A model generated the notes under the pieces. It had not been told where the DNA came from and made no database searches. It worked only from the letters and a program-made list of their open reading frames with translations. This document shows positions 32,293 to 45,400 of a stretch of 64,000 bases of DNA, piece by piece (the first letter of the stretch is position 1; the number at the start of each line of letters is the position of its first letter). Origin of the DNA: Caecitellus pseudoparvulus. Its lineage: Eukaryota; Protista; Bigyra: Bicosoecida. Made by a program: the position numbers and the translations under genes. Location of the stretch: positions 1-64,000 of the forward strand of contig CBFFRQ010000040.1 in NCBI GenBank assembly GCA_965644315.1, read 5' to 3'.

Positions 32293-32709
32293 CGCGGCTG
32301 CAGCGATGGGACTCAACAAAGGACCTCCTTGCTGGGAGGCAAGTGGTCGTCAGCCCCTGCACGCTCGGCTGCCGCTCAGCAGCATGGCAGCCGCAGCGCC
32401 TTGACCTGTAGGCCAGCTTCACCCCTGCCCTCTGGCCGACCTGGCCGCCGTGCCAGACCAATGCAGCCCATACCACACATAGCACACACTGCCTGTCACC
32501 TTCTCTGGGCGCCGTTTTGCTTTCCTTGCCTTGGCGCAGGCAACGGCGGCTGGAGGCATTGCGCTTGCGACGCAAAATTCCCCAACCTACCGCCCTCCCA
32601 GCGCACACGCTCACTGCGCTGCCCCTGCTGCCTCTGGTGTGCACTGCAGGCTTGTGCGACAGTGACGTCGCGAGCTGCCGCTTCTCCCCGCCTCTAGCGC
32701 CAGTCCGGC

Positions 32710-33804
32710 ATGAGCGGTCGGCGTGGGCGAGGCTCCAAGCGCGCTGCGCCAGAGCCTGCCGACACGGCGCCACTGCCCCCCAAGGTGAAGGTGAGGCGTA
32801 TGGAGGACCTGGAATCACTGGGGGACGCCTTCTTCGACATGGTGCACAAGCAGGTCAAGGCGTCTGGCATGCCCATGAAGGACAAGTCTGTGCGTGGCAG
32901 GCGGCAGACGGCCAGGCCGCGGGTGTGGCACGCACACGATGCTGTGTGCACAGAAACTGCGAGGAAGCCTGTTTGAATTCCACGAGGAAGTGTTTGCGCT
33001 GGCTCAGCGGTTCGTCAAGGAGGACCCGCACATGCGGCCGGGTGAGTGGGGGCGGCAGCGAAACGCGGGCGCAACGGCAGCACAACTTGCACGCCCCGCC
33101 TGCCGTGCCACAGAACCCGTCATGGAGGCAGAGGACGAGGACCTTGCCATTGAAGTGCAGAATGTGGGAGCGCAGGTGAAGGAGCTGGCGGGAAAGGTCG
33201 CAGAGGCCCGTGAGGAGGTGCGTGGGCACGTCGGCCTGAGTTGCGATGGCGTTACGCTGGCGCCTGCATCGGCACGGCCTTGCCCCCTCCCCGACGCTGC
33301 AGCTGCCCACCTTCATCAAGGAAAAACACACAGAGGTGTCTAAGGAGCGCACTGCGAAGTTGGTGTGCGTGTGCGCGTCTGCGGTGCCACCTGCCCATCT
33401 GGCCGCCAACCCCATCCTGGCGCACCATCGCAGCGAGGCCGCTGAGGCAGCAGTGGAGGCCGACGATGCGGGGGAGGAGCACACGGAGGAGGACGAGGCG
33501 GGGGGCCCTCCCCTGTCGCCCTCGGCGGTGCAGCGCCTGCAGCAGGTGTTCCACGAAACGCAGGCCAAAGTGCAGGACACCGTGCCGGTGCTGAGAGAAC
33601 AGCGCTCAGCGGGGGCAGAGACACTGGCAGCGGTGAGTGGCAGACTCACGGCCACGCCCACACATGCACAGCCACACCAATTTACTGTGTGCCGCCTCAC
33701 GTTCGCAGTTGGAGTCACAGCGGCGCCGGGCGCCTGCTGCGTTTGAGGAAGTCATGGCGGCAGTGCCGTCCAACCCGCCCAGCAGTGAGAGCGGGGGGCG
33801 CTGA
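32710..33804 (+). CDS. Helical protein, possibly Nsl1/Mis14-like kinetochore subunit; 5 introns
   Basis: Spliced product contains EAEDEDLAIEVQNVGAQVKELAGKVAEAREELPTFIKE. Basic NLS-like N-terminus. Stop at 33802-33804. Confidence 0.5.
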
Positions 33805-33872
33805 CGCCGCCACTGTGCAATGCATTCTTCCGCGTGGCCAGGGGCGCACAGGCAGCACCCCCCCTCTCTCAC

Positions 33873-36247
33873 TCACTCCTGTGACTCGATGGCCTTCAGC
33901 ACATCGTGTGCCGCGACGGGGATGCGGGTGCCGGGGCCGAAGATGCAGGCCACGCCGGCGTCGGTCAGGAAGGGGTAGTCCTGGGGGGGGATGACCCCCC
34001 CCGCCACCACCTTGATGTGGCTGGCATCCAGGTCCGCCAACGCAGCCACCAGGGCTGGCACAAGGGTCTTGTGTCCCGCCGCCTGGGACGACACGCCCAC
34101 CACGTGGACGTCGGCATCCACTGCCTGCTGTGCCACCTCGGCAGGGGTCTGGAACAGGGGGCCCACGTCCACGTCGAAGCCCAGGTCTGCGAAGCCGGAT
34201 GCGATGACCTTGGCGCCGCGGTCGTGGCCGTCCTGACCCATCTTGGCCACCAGGATGCGGGGGCGGCGGCCGTGGGCCTCAAGGAACGCCTCCACCGCCT
34301 GCGTGGCGCCTGTGAACTCCGCCTCCACGTCCACTTCCGCGTGGGAGAAGGAGTCCTTGTAGGCCCCCTGCACGACGTCCTCACGGGGCTTGTGTTCACC
34401 CCACACGGACCGCAGAGCGTCGGAGATCTCACCCAGCGTGCACCGGGCTCGGGCCGCCTCCACCGCCAGACCCAGCAGGTTGAACTCGTGATGTCCATCT
34501 GATGTGCTCTCACTCATGGCCGCTGACTGCGCCAGCTTGTCCAGGGCCGCCTGCGCGGCGGCGGCGTCCCTGCTGCTCTTGACGCTGTCCAGGCGGGCCA
34601 CTTGCTTGTGCCGGACGGAGGTGTTGTCGATGGACAGCACCTCCAGCGGCTCCTCCGCCTCCAGCCGGTACTTGTTCACGCCCACCACGACGTCCTGGCC
34701 AGAGTCGATGCGGGCCTGCTTGCGGGCCGCCGCCTCCTCAATGCGCAGCTTGGGCATGCCGCTCTCCACAGCCTTGGCCATGCCGCCCAGTGCCTCCACC
34801 TCCTCGATCACCTCCAAGGCGGCGGTGTACAGCTCTTCTGTCAGGCTCTCCATCATGTAGCTGCCGCCCCACGGGTCCACGACCTTGGTGATGTGCGTTT
34901 CTTCCTGGATCATCAGCTGCGTATTACGCGCGATGCGCGCCGAGAACTCCGTCGGCAGCCCCAGCGCCTCGTCGAAGGAGTTCGTGTGCAGGCTCTGCGT
35001 GCCGCCCATCACTGCCGCCATGGCCTCAACAGCAGTGCGCACGACGTTGTTGTAGGGGTCCTGCTCCGTAAGGGAGTACCCCGACGTCTGGCAGTGTGTG
35101 CGCAGGAGCAGGGACTTCTCCTTCTTGGCGCCGGCCTTGTTCTTCATGAGGTGCGCCCACAGCCGCCGTGCGGCGCGCAGCTTGGCCACCTCCATGTAGA
35201 AGTTCATGCCGATGCCGAAGAAGAAGGACAGGCGGGGGGCGATGGCATCCACATCCAGCCCAGCAGCCACCGCGGACCGGACATACTCGAAGCCGTCAGC
35301 GAGGGTGAAGGCCAGCTCCAGCTTGGCGTCGGCGCCCGCTTCCTGCATGTGGTACCCCGAGATGGAGATGCTGTTGTACCGCGGCATGTGGGTGGCGGTG
35401 TACCCCATGATGTCCTGGATGATGCGCATGGACGGCGCGGGGGGGTAGATGAAGGTGTTGCGCACCATGAACTCCTTCAAGATGTCGTTCTGGATGGTGC
35501 CCGACAGGTCCTTGGCCGCCACGCCCGTCTCCTCCGCCGCCACGATGTACATGGCCAGCACCGGCAGCACGCCGCCGTTCATGGTCATGGACACGGACAT
35601 CTTGTCCAGGGGGATGCCGTCAAACAGCACCTTCATGTCCTCCACGCTGTCCACTGGCACGCCCGCCATGCCCACGTCGCCCACGACGCGGGGGTGGTCC
35701 GAGTCATACCCACGGTGCGTTGCCAGGTCGAACGCAACGGACAGCCCCTGCTGCCCCGCCGCCAGGTTCTTGCGGTAGAACGCGTTGCTCTCCTCTGCCG
35801 TGGAGAAACCGGCGTACTGACGGATGGTCCAGGGCCGGTGGGTGTACATGGTCACGCGGGGCCCACGGGTGTACGGGTACTTGCCAGAGAGCTGGTCGAC
35901 CTCCTTGCCCTGCGCAGGCGCCACGCCACGTCACGCTTGCCAGCCGGCCAGCGCAGCACGCCACCCGCAGGCGCCACGCACCTCCAAGTCTTCAGATGTG
36001 TAGATGGGCTTCAGAGTCACGCCCTCAGGGGACGTCCATGCCAGGCTGGCGGGGTCCTTGCGGCCCTTCAGCTCCTGCGAAGCACGGGAGGCGCCAAGTG
36101 CAGTGCACTTCACGCCAGGCACACTTGGCGGCGCCGCCCCACCTTCTCAGCGGCAGCCAGCCACTCGGCATTGATAGCAGTGGCAAGGGAGCGGAATGTG
36201 CCCCTCCTCACGGCCTGAGCAGCAGCAGCAGTGCCTCGGCTCAGCAT
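33873..36247 (-). CDS. MMUT: Methylmalonyl-CoA mutase, mitochondrial; 2 introns near the 5' end
   Basis: [30 protein letters not shown]12-binding [12 protein letters not shown]. Presequence [15 protein letters not shown]. Confidence 0.98.
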
Positions 36248-36643
36248 GGTGGCGTGAGCGGCGGCGGACACGGGACGGTGGCGTGAAGCGGCCTGCGAGC
36301 TCTGTGCGGCGTGGCGCGGTTCGCAGCGGACGGGGAGCAGCCTTGAAGTGCTGATGGATGTGCATTGTCGAATGCCTGCGTGTTGTCAGTGGGGGTTAGC
36401 TTGCCGGGTTACCCCCCTCCCCCCCCAGAAGTCGAAGCCTTGCAGAGGCAGAGGGAGCTGGCCAGGCTGCCACCCCCAGCTTCGACAGGCCAGCACAATT
36501 CCCCCGCCCTACAACACACACTGCAGGCAGCACAGCTTGCAAAGCTAGGGACCCCACCCACGCCCAGCGTGCGTCGGTGCATTGCGGCAGCACCGGGCGC
36601 GGCATTAGCTGCCCGTTTCGCCTGCGTTTTCCTCCTCCTCCCC

Positions 36644-37497
36644 ATGGCAGCCAAACTTCGCTGTGTGGTGTTCGACATCGACGAGACACTGCTCTTCCGA
36701 ACGTGCGTGTGCATTCACACCCCTGATTTCACCTCTTTGCCCCTCACGTCGAGCCTCCTTGCCGGTTGCCGCAGTGGCGGGTGGCTCGACCGACTGCGCA
36801 TGTACTTGCTGCCTGGCGCAGTGGTGGGAACGGCGTACCCAGGCGCCACACAAGCCGTGAAGCGCCTGCAAGCCCAAGGCTTCACGCCAATCTTCCTTTC
36901 AGCCCGGCTGGAGCTGTCCCGGCCCTGCACCCACGCATGGCTCTCGCGGCACGACCTGCCAACGCAGCACGTGCACTTGGCGCCCCTGCCCCTAGTGGAG
37001 GCGAAACGCGCCGCCTTCAAAGCTGACGCCCTGCGCGAGCTGCAGGCACAAGGCATGCACATCGTGAGTGACAGCGCAGGTGAGGCAACAACCCACGCCT
37101 CACCCTCCCCTGTCCGGCCGCGCAGGTGGCTGGAGTTGGTGACCGCCCCTCAGACATGAAGGCATATTCCGCAGTGGGCGCGCTGCCAGTGGGAGTGGCA
37201 CAGGGCGCGGCAGCCCTGGCCACAGTGCCTGCCGCCAGCCTGCCGGATGCCATTCCGGCCACAGAGGTGCGAGATGGCGCCGTGGCGGCGGTGGGGGCGG
37301 CGGAGCAGACTGCTGCGTTGCTGTCGTCGCCCCCCCTGCCCGGGTCACCCCTCCCCGTCGTGCACACCCTCACTGCCCAGCCAGGCACGGCCCTGGTGGC
37401 AGGCATGGCGCTGCACGGACACGCCGACTGCGAGGCGCTGTGGCGGGGGGTGACGGACTGCATTGAGGCGGCGGCGGGGGGGGAGGAGGAGCGGTGA
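36644..37497 (+). CDS. HAD-superfamily phosphatase-like protein; 2 introns
   Basis: Motif I VVFDIDETL, motif II IFLSAR, motif III FK, motif IV GVGDRPSD. Confidence 0.82.
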
Positions 37498-37514
37498 CCC
37501 CCCCTGCACACCCC

Positions 37515-40103
37515 TCACCCGCTCTCGCCGCCAGGCGTCTGCGACGTGCTCCACTGGGACGAGCCGCCCGACACGTCATCACCGTCGGATCCCGGCTGCG
37601 CCAGGGGGCCCGTGTCCGCCCCAGACACGTCCCCCTCCACACCACTGCTGGAGCCAGAGGAAGGCGGCCCGCCCCCTTCCCCGCCAGCGGCAGCGGCAGC
37701 CACTCCCCTCCCCGGCTGGCTGTCCGAGCCACTGCGGCTGGAGCCATTGCCACTGCTGTCACCCTGCCCAGCAGATGCATCGCCGGGGGCGGCGCCACCG
37801 CTGCCGCTGCCGCCGCTGCCGCCGCCGCCGTTCGAGGTGGAGGCAGATGCGGAATTTGAAGTACCCCTCGCCGAGAAGGAGTGAAACGAGGCGCCATATG
37901 CGGACGGCTCGCTGTCGGGGGCGGCGCCACCACCCCTGTCACGCGCCTGCTGGGCTGCTGGTGCGGTGGTGGTGTTGCTGTCGCCGCTTGCGCCGCCAGT
38001 GCCGGTGCCGGTGCCGCCGCCTTTGGCTCGCGTCGGCAGCTTGCGCGGGTGCACTGGCAAAAGGTGGGGAGGCAGAAGCTGCAAAGCCCCAGCACTGTTG
38101 CGCCTGACTCGCAGTTTGAGGCCAGAACGTGTCGGCTGTGTGGGGGGGGGCATGCCGTCAGTTGCTCTGGTGCGTTTCACGCCGCGGCTGCCGGCGAGCT
38201 GGCGTTTGCGCGCATTGGTGAACCAGTTGTTCAGCTGCTTGCGTGAAACGCCGGCCTTCCCCTGCAACTCGGTCTTGGTGGCCTCATCTGGGTAGGGTGC
38301 GCTGGTGTGTGCTTGCAGCCACGCGTTCAGGATGCGTTTGGCTTGGGGCGGCAAATTCCGCGCAGGGCGCCCCTTCGGCTCGGCCCCTTCCTGACTGCCC
38401 GCCCCAGCGGGACCAGGGGCAGTGGGGGCACTGGCGCCTCCAGATGGCTGAGCCAGCCCCGCCGCTTGTAGCTCTGCATCCACTTCATAGGCCCCCTCGT
38501 GGTAGTGAAATGAGGAAATGTCGAATGCGACGTCGCCAAACAGCGTGGCGGGCTCTGGCGCCCGCCCGTGTGCGTTGGCCCGGGTCATGGACAGGGCCGA
38601 GGAGCGAAACGCACGAGTCTGCCAATTCACCGCTCCCTGAGCCGGCAGGCCAGAGGTCAGCGCCGCCGCCTGCTCAGCGAGGAATTTCCGCAGGAAGAAC
38701 TTCTTGACTCGCACGACCTCCGCATCGCGGCGGGACTGCACCCGGCGCCGGTGGGCAGCTGCGTTGGCGGGGAAGGAGTACGTAATACGCCGGGCGAAGT
38801 AGGCGCCCAGGATGTCGTCGCCCCCCCCCCGGGGCTGCACAATGGACACCTGCCGTACAGTCATGGGCTTGCTGCCCGGCGGGCGCAGCACGAACACGTC
38901 CACGATCTCTTGTCGCACAATGTCCCCGCTGTCCATGGCCATGTCGCGCACGTGCTTGCCCGTGGAGTCCTGGAACACACGCACTTGCCCCGGCATGCCC
39001 GCTTGACTTGAAGAGGAGGGGTGCGTGGTGGAGGAGGCCTTGCGCGGGGGGGGGTCCATGGGAGAGGAGGAGGGGGGGCCCGCCGCCTGCAGGCGACTCC
39101 ACGGCGCCGAGGCAGTGGGGAAGCCGGCGTCCGTGGCAGGGGGCCGGAGAAGGTACGTGGGGGGGGGCATGCTGGCAGTTGGCGCGCTGGCCTGGTGCAG
39201 TGCACCACCCTGCACGGGCTGCAGTCGCTGCGCATACCCTTGGGCGACTGGCACCTGTTGTGGCTGTGCGGGGGCGTGTGCACTGGCGCGCTGGTGCGCT
39301 GCGTGCAGCACTGCGGAGAAAGCAATGACCTGCCCTGACCCGCCGGGCGTCGAGGCCACACTGCTGAGCGTGAGGCCACTGCCGCCCTCTGCTGTGTGCA
39401 GGGAGGTGCGTGCAGAGACCGAGGCACCAGCTGGGTCACTGGTGCAGGTGCTTGGGGGCACGGTGTGCTCTGGCGTGTCCACTCCGCTGGGGCCTGTGCG
39501 TGGCGTTGCGAGTGCGGGGTGTGGAGTGAAGTGCGAGAACGCAGCACGGGCGCGGCGGCTGGGCGCACCTTGCAGGCGGAAGGCTGGCAGCACGTCCAAG
39601 TTTTTGGACAGGGCGGCGGTGAAGGGCTGCAGTGTCTGCAGCGTGATGCCGCTGCTCAGGCGCTGTGCGTTGGGAAGTGAAGTGTCTTCCACCTGCTTGC
39701 GCACGGCCTGCCAGAAACCCGCCACGTGCGGCGCCACGTGCTCCTGGTACAGTTGCAGGTTGCGCATGTTCTCCCTGTCATGCAGGGAAGACAGGGATGG
39801 GTTGTGCAGGAGGTGCAGGAGGGGCGTTGGGCCCTGAGGCGCCCGTTGACTGGCCGCTGAGCTGCGCTGCGAGGGCATGCCAGGAAAACCCAGCCCTTGG
39901 CTGCTGTGCACGGGCTGCAAAGGGCGTGCAGGGTGCTGCGTCGCAGGCAGGCCCTCATCCTGCTGCATACCAGCCTGAGGAGGCGCTGCCAGGCCCCGAG
40001 TCACACCCTCTCGCGCTTGGTGCTGGGGGTGGTGGAGGAAAGCTGCAGCCTCAGGCACTGCCCCTGCACCACCGGCGGCATCAGCGTTGCGTGACGCAGC
40101 CAT
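37515..40103 (-). CDS. TALE-class homeodomain transcription factor
   Basis: NLPPQAKRILNAWLQAHTSAPYPDEATKTELQGKAGVSRKQLNNWFTNARKR (PYP loop, WFxNxR). Confidence 0.9.
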   Translation of the reverse strand: MAASRNADAAGGAGAVPEAAAFLHHPQHQAREGVTRGLAAPPQAGMQQDEGLPATQHPARPLQPVHSSQGLGFPGMPSQRSSAASQRAPQGPTPLLHLLHNPSLSSLHDRENMRNLQLYQEHVAPHVAGFWQAVRKQVEDTSLPNAQRLSSGITLQTLQPFTAALSKNLDVLPAFRLQGAPSRRARAAFSHFTPHPALATPRTGPSGVDTPEHTVPPSTCTSDPAGASVSARTSLHTAEGGSGLTLSSVASTPGGSGQVIAFSAVLHAAHQRASAHAPAQPQQVPVAQGYAQRLQPVQGGALHQASAPTASMPPPTYLLRPPATDAGFPTASAPWSRLQAAGPPSSSPMDPPPRKASSTTHPSSSSQAGMPGQVRVFQDSTGKHVRDMAMDSGDIVRQEIVDVFVLRPPGSKPMTVRQVSIVQPRGGGDDILGAYFARRITYSFPANAAAHRRRVQSRRDAEVVRVKKFFLRKFLAEQAAALTSGLPAQGAVNWQTRAFRSSALSMTRANAHGRAPEPATLFGDVAFDISSFHYHEGAYEVDAELQAAGLAQPSGGASAPTAPGPAGAGSQEGAEPKGRPARNLPPQAKRILNAWLQAHTSAPYPDEATKTELQGKAGVSRKQLNNWFTNARKRQLAGSRGVKRTRATDGMPPPTQPTRSGLKLRVRRNSAGALQLLPPHLLPVHPRKLPTRAKGGGTGTGTGGASGDSNTTTAPAAQQARDRGGGAAPDSEPSAYGASFHSFSARGTSNSASASTSNGGGGSGGSGSGGAAPGDASAGQGDSSGNGSSRSGSDSQPGRGVAAAAAGGEGGGPPSSGSSSGVEGDVSGADTGPLAQPGSDGDDVSGGSSQWSTSQTPGGESG

Positions 40104-40650
40104 GTGGGCTGTGCGGCAAAAGGGAGAGCAGTGCACGGGAAATCACGGGGAAATGTCGTAAAGCCAGCTGTCAGTTGTGGCGAGGGGCGCTGGGAAGGCC
40201 CGCTTTGCTGGCTTTCGTGCTGCGGCGCGGGCCAGGCGAAGTGCGTGCAGTCTTCACTTCGTTTGGGCGCTGCTCGCGCTGCTGCACTGCGGTCGCGGGC
40301 CCTGCGCGCCAACTGGGAGGCACAGGCCACACACTGCTGCGCATGTGTTAGTGAGGGTGTTGAATTTTGCCGTTGGAGGACTGCGCACGAGGGGTGCCTG
40401 CGTTTGACAGGGCTCAGATTCCGCACACGTCACTTGACACTCCCTTTCCACTCCGGCCGGCATCGCCGGACGCTCACGCGCCGTGGAGGCCCCCTGCAGC
40501 AGCACACGACCCATGGCAGCGGTCCCAGCATAATTTTCTTCCCCAGCGCAGCCCTGTCAGCAGCCTTCACCCTTCAACGCGACCTGCCCGATTATCGCTT
40601 CTCGAACCAGCCCGCTGGCGCTGCTGTGTGCCGAGGGGCAGCTAGGCGGC

Positions 40651-42280
40651 ATGGCGACCTTGTCCAGCACAGGCAGCGTGACGCGCCTGCAGAGCACACT
40701 GCCGACACCCTCACGGCGTGCTGCGCGGCGTGCTCTGAAGGCCAGTGCTGGAGCGGGGGCAGCCCTGCCCGTCACGGCACCAGCACCGCTGTCGCCGTCC
40801 CCCACACCAGGCACTGCTTCACCACCACCCTCTACGGCGGGCGCCACGGCAGACCACAGCGGCATTGCGGCAGGCAAGGCCAGCAAGGAGAGCACATGCA
40901 TCGACATCCTCACGTCTGGGCACATCAATGCCTTCGTGGACTTCTTCTACCTGTCACACCGGGCAGACCCGACAGCAGGTGCGTGCGATCTCAGCTCGGC
41001 CCAGACGCAGGCTGCACCTCGACCGCAGCGGCACGCAGCAGGCGTGGCCAGGCTGCCGCGCCGCAGGAGTGCGACGCAAAACGTACATTGCATGCACTCT
41101 CCACGTGCTGCCCTGCGCAGACCGGCGCGAAGGCGACGGGCCGCCGGCAGATGTGCGGCTGTCTCAAGATGACATGGCCTTCCTGCGCACGACGCTGTGT
41201 GCAGCTGAGGACAGCCGGCGGTCAGGGCAGGTGCCGGCAGTGTTGGACTCGTACGCTGGCCTGGCTGAGCACTACGCAGACCGCAAGGACAGCCGGACGG
41301 CGGTGTACTTTTACGAGAAGTGCCTGGAGGTGGCACAGGGCGTCGGCGACGCAGTGGCAGAGCTGCACACGCTGCACAACCTCGGCACGGTGCACGAAGG
41401 CAGCGGGGACACCGAGCACGCCATCGCGTACTTCGAAGCTCACAGGGACGCTGCAGCGGCGCACCAGGAAGCGGCAGGCGGCGCGGACGGCGCCACGAGC
41501 GTCGCTGCGTTGCCGTTTCAGGCAGAGGTGCGGCGTGCAAATACCGCCCTTGTGCGAGCCTACGGCCAGCGCGCCAAGGCCCTGGATACCGCTGGAGACG
41601 CGCAGGGGGCGCTGGAGACGCGCCTGCAAGCCCTGGCAGCCGCCTCAGCGACGGGGGATGCTGCTGCGGAAGCTGCGACGAGTTTCCACGTGGGGCGCAC
41701 GTACGTCGCCAACGCACAGCCTGAGCAGGGCATCAAGCACCTGCAGAGGTACTTGGACTTGTCATCTGACCCAGTAACAGCAGAGGGCGCGGGGGCGCTG
41801 GGTGCGCAGCGCGCGGCGGCGTTTGCAGGGCTAGCAGCTGCGTTTCACGCGATGGGAGTTACGGAGAAGGCCACGGCGTGCCTGCAAGACTTCCTGGCCG
41901 TGTCAGAGGAAGGCGGGGACCTGGCGTCCCAGGCCCACGCCTGTGCCAGTCTGGGAGACATCCACAACCGCCGTGGGCAGTTTAAGGAGGCCGTCAAGTG
42001 CTTTGAAAAGTCATACAAGTTGTACCGTTCCCTGGTGGTGGCTGGCACCAGCACGCGCCACGCCAGCGGCGAGCAGGCCGACGCCGGTGCGCCCGTGTCA
42101 GTGCACCGGGAAGTGGAACACGCCAAGGTGCACCTGGGCATGGCTCGTGGCAACGCTGCCATGGGCAGTTACGTGAACACCATCATCACGGATGTCAGCG
42201 CGTTGCTCAAGTGGAAGAACCGGCGCACAGTGCTGAAAGCGCCGGACATCGCCCTGGCAGGCAAAGAAGGCGAGCTGTGA
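40651..42280 (+). CDS. TTC29: Tetratricopeptide repeat protein 29 (flagellar); intron about 40979-41120
   Basis: CIDILTSGHINAFVDFFYLSH N-terminal block, TPR repeats, C-terminal AKVHLGMARGN...LLKWK. Confidence 0.85.
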
Positions 42281-42433
42281 CCGCCTCAACGCGCACGCCA
42301 GCGCAGTGCAATGTATCCCCCGAAGCGGCTGTGGCAGGGCAGTGGGCGGCGGGACCCAATTCCCGCACTCTCGCCAACCCGTAGCAGGCGGCGCCGCACA
42401 CGGCAGCCGCCCTCCACACGCGCGCACGTGGCC

Positions 42434-45400
42434 ATGGAGGCGCGCGATGCCGCTGTGGCGGCCTTGGCGGGCCTCCTGGACTTCTGCGCCTCGGAGTTTG
42501 GCCCGCGGCGAGACGCAGCAGGCGCCGGCTTCACGCCTCTGGTGGTGGACGGAGCCAGAGCATGTTGCTCAGGCAGCGTGGCAGGCACCCTGCCCAGCCT
42601 GGCAGCTGCCCATGCATTGGCGGGGCAGCCTGAGCCAATCGTGGACATTCGCATCTTGTACGGGCACGAGGAGGCGCCGGCAGGCTACGCTAAGGTGCGT
42701 GCGCGACGGCGTGGTCACGTGCGGAATATCAGCGGCACGCCTGGCTGCTGCAGCGCCCTGGCCGCAAGGCTGGCGCCGTGGCGCTGGTTGAAACTGGTGT
42801 ACACTGAAGTGGAATGGTGCTGTCCACGTGTTTCCGCGGCGTTGTTGGCCCATCGGCCGCTGACACGGGCGCTGCGCCGCCCTGCACTCCTTGCACTGCC
42901 GGCCACTGCGAGTGGTGGCGATTGGACACCAGCCCTGCACGCGCAACGCGCATGCACCCACACTTCCCTCCCCATGCAGGTGGAACACAGTGTGTCTGGG
43001 GCATTTTCAGCCGACTGGAGCGTGCGTGGCTGCGCGCGTGTCGCGCCGCCATTCCGCTGCGTTGCACCGCACCACACCTCGACGCTCCTCGGCGCAGCGG
43101 CAGGGCGGCAAGCGGGCTGTGCACTTGGCAGTGGCACGGGCGGGGGAGCTGCATGGCGTGGACCCCATCTCCAGTCTCCTCATCGTGCACCTGCCCAATG
43201 GAGAGTCCATTCCGCCTGGGTACAAGGCCGCTCAGGCCGCCGCTGGTGTGGGTGGGGCTGACGTGGCGGCACCGTTGGGCGGACCCCCCCTGACGGAGCG
43301 GCGGAGGGGGGGTGGCTCACCTCCCTCCGCCTCCACCTCCACCCCCCTGCACCAGACCTACCTGGCCTTCAGTCGGCGCCCGGGTCCCCCCCTGCTGGAT
43401 GTGGGGGTGGTGCTGCCCCAGGGTGGGGGGGTGTCCAGCAGGGCCGCAGCCCCCCCCCCGCCTGCGCCTCACTCGCGCAAGACACAGTCCCAGGCAACCA
43501 CACAGCCCCGTGGGCGAGGGGGGGGGGGGTCCTTCTCCTTCCTGCCCCCCCCCTGGCTGCCCCCCCAGCTGCCGCAGGGTCAAGCCAGTGGGCCGGAGCC
43601 CGTGGCACCCCCCCTTGCACCCCCCTCCCGCCGCCGAGCCGAGAGTGTCACCACCACCACTGACACGGGCGCCTTCCGGGGGGGCGAGGCCAGTGTGGCA
43701 GGCAGCGCGGCGGCATCCCCGGCCCGCCCGCCGCACCCCGTTTGGGGGGGGGGCGGCATCCCCGGCCCCGAGACACCCCCCCCCGGCTGGGCGCTGGTGC
43801 TGCATTCTGTGGGGGGCCACCCCGTGTGGCTGCGGGAGGGTGCTGTTCCGGCGGCACTGGCTGTGTTCAAGGACTTGTCCCACTTGGCCGCCATGGCCAC
43901 ATGCGTGACTCCCCTGGCCGCCTGTGACTCGGTGGCAGACCTGTGGACTCCAGCCCCCCTTCCGGGGGGATGCAGTGCCCCCCCCACGCGGGGGGGGGAC
44001 GGCGCGTCTGGGGGGGGGGGTCGCCAGGCACAGCTCCCCCGGCCCGCCACCTTCGCGGCAGGGGGGGGGTGCCTCCCGCAGACCCCCCCCCAACACCCCT
44101 CAACTCCCACCCGCACCGTGTCGGAGATCGTGGATGGGGTGAGGCGGGAGGAGGAGGAGGAGGGCGGGGGGGGCGTGCACCCCGTGGTGGATGTGGACCT
44201 GGAGCTGGCCCCCCCATCACCCCCCCCCTCAACCCCCTCCCGCCGCCCCAGCACTGCATCTGTGGATGACAGCGCCATTGACATGCGTCGCAGCATGAGC
44301 GGGACCCGTGGTCGCCTGTCTTCCGCAGCTTCCGCAGAGGAGGAGAGCGGGGGTGCGGGGGGTGGGCCCACCCCGTCGGCCTCCCCCACGCCCCTGCCTC
44401 GAGCTGCCCCCCGCCACAGAGCGGCCACGGACGGGAGGAGGGCGGGGCTGGTGCTGGGGCTGTTACCGGAGGATGGGCCCACCGCTGCGGCGGGTGCGCC
44501 CACCCCCCGCATGTCCGCCTTGGGCGGCGCCAAGTCGCCCCTCGTCATGCCCCTGTTCGCGACACGGGAGGGGGGGGAGGGGCCAGTCGGAACACCTGCC
44601 GTGTTCGTGTTCCCCGCCCTGCAGGAGGGCTCGCCGCCCCCCTCCACGCTGGACCTCACTCCCCGCCTGCAGGCCCATACCCTGGCCTGGCTGAGCGAAG
44701 GTGACTTGCTGGGCGGAGGGGGGGGGCAGCTGGTGCTGCGGCGCCCCCCCTCATCCAGCGCCGCGGAGGGGGGGCGTCGCACACCCTATGCGCCCAGCGC
44801 CTGGGCCTGCCCCGCCTCCGCCGCCCTGTCCGTGTTCCTGCTGGCGGTGTACAGCCGGCACCCCCCCCTGGTTCGCAGGGGCCTGCAGGGGGTGCTGGCC
44901 TGCCTGCAGGCAGGAGCGTTTCTGCCGCAGCACCCCCCCCCCGGAGCTCCCCAGGAGGGGGGTTTTGCCAGCAGGGCCCCTTCCCCTGCCCTGGAGGCGG
45001 CCGCCGCGCAGTGTTCCGACATCCTCGCCGCGGCAGTGGTGGATGCGGCTGAGGCGTGCCTGGGACAGGAGGGGGAGCTCCTGACTCAGGTCAGTTTGGC
45101 GCTGGCGTGTCAGGGGGCAGTGGGGGTGGTGGGGGGAGGGGGGGACACGCCCCCCTCCCCGCCCCAGGAGCTGTCTGAGCCGTGGGGGGGTGTGCCGGCG
45201 CCGCCCCCAGACTCGCACCAAGGCGCCCCTGATGAACACGTACTAGTTGGTCAGCGCTTGGCCCTGGAGTGGGAGGCGCTGGGCGCCCCCACGGAGGCCC
45301 AGGGGGATGTGGAAGGGGGTGTGTTCGAGTTCGTGTACAGGGGGGGGGGGGGCGCGGCAGTGGACCCCCCCCCCTGGCGCACCGCCGCGCTGGCCACGTC

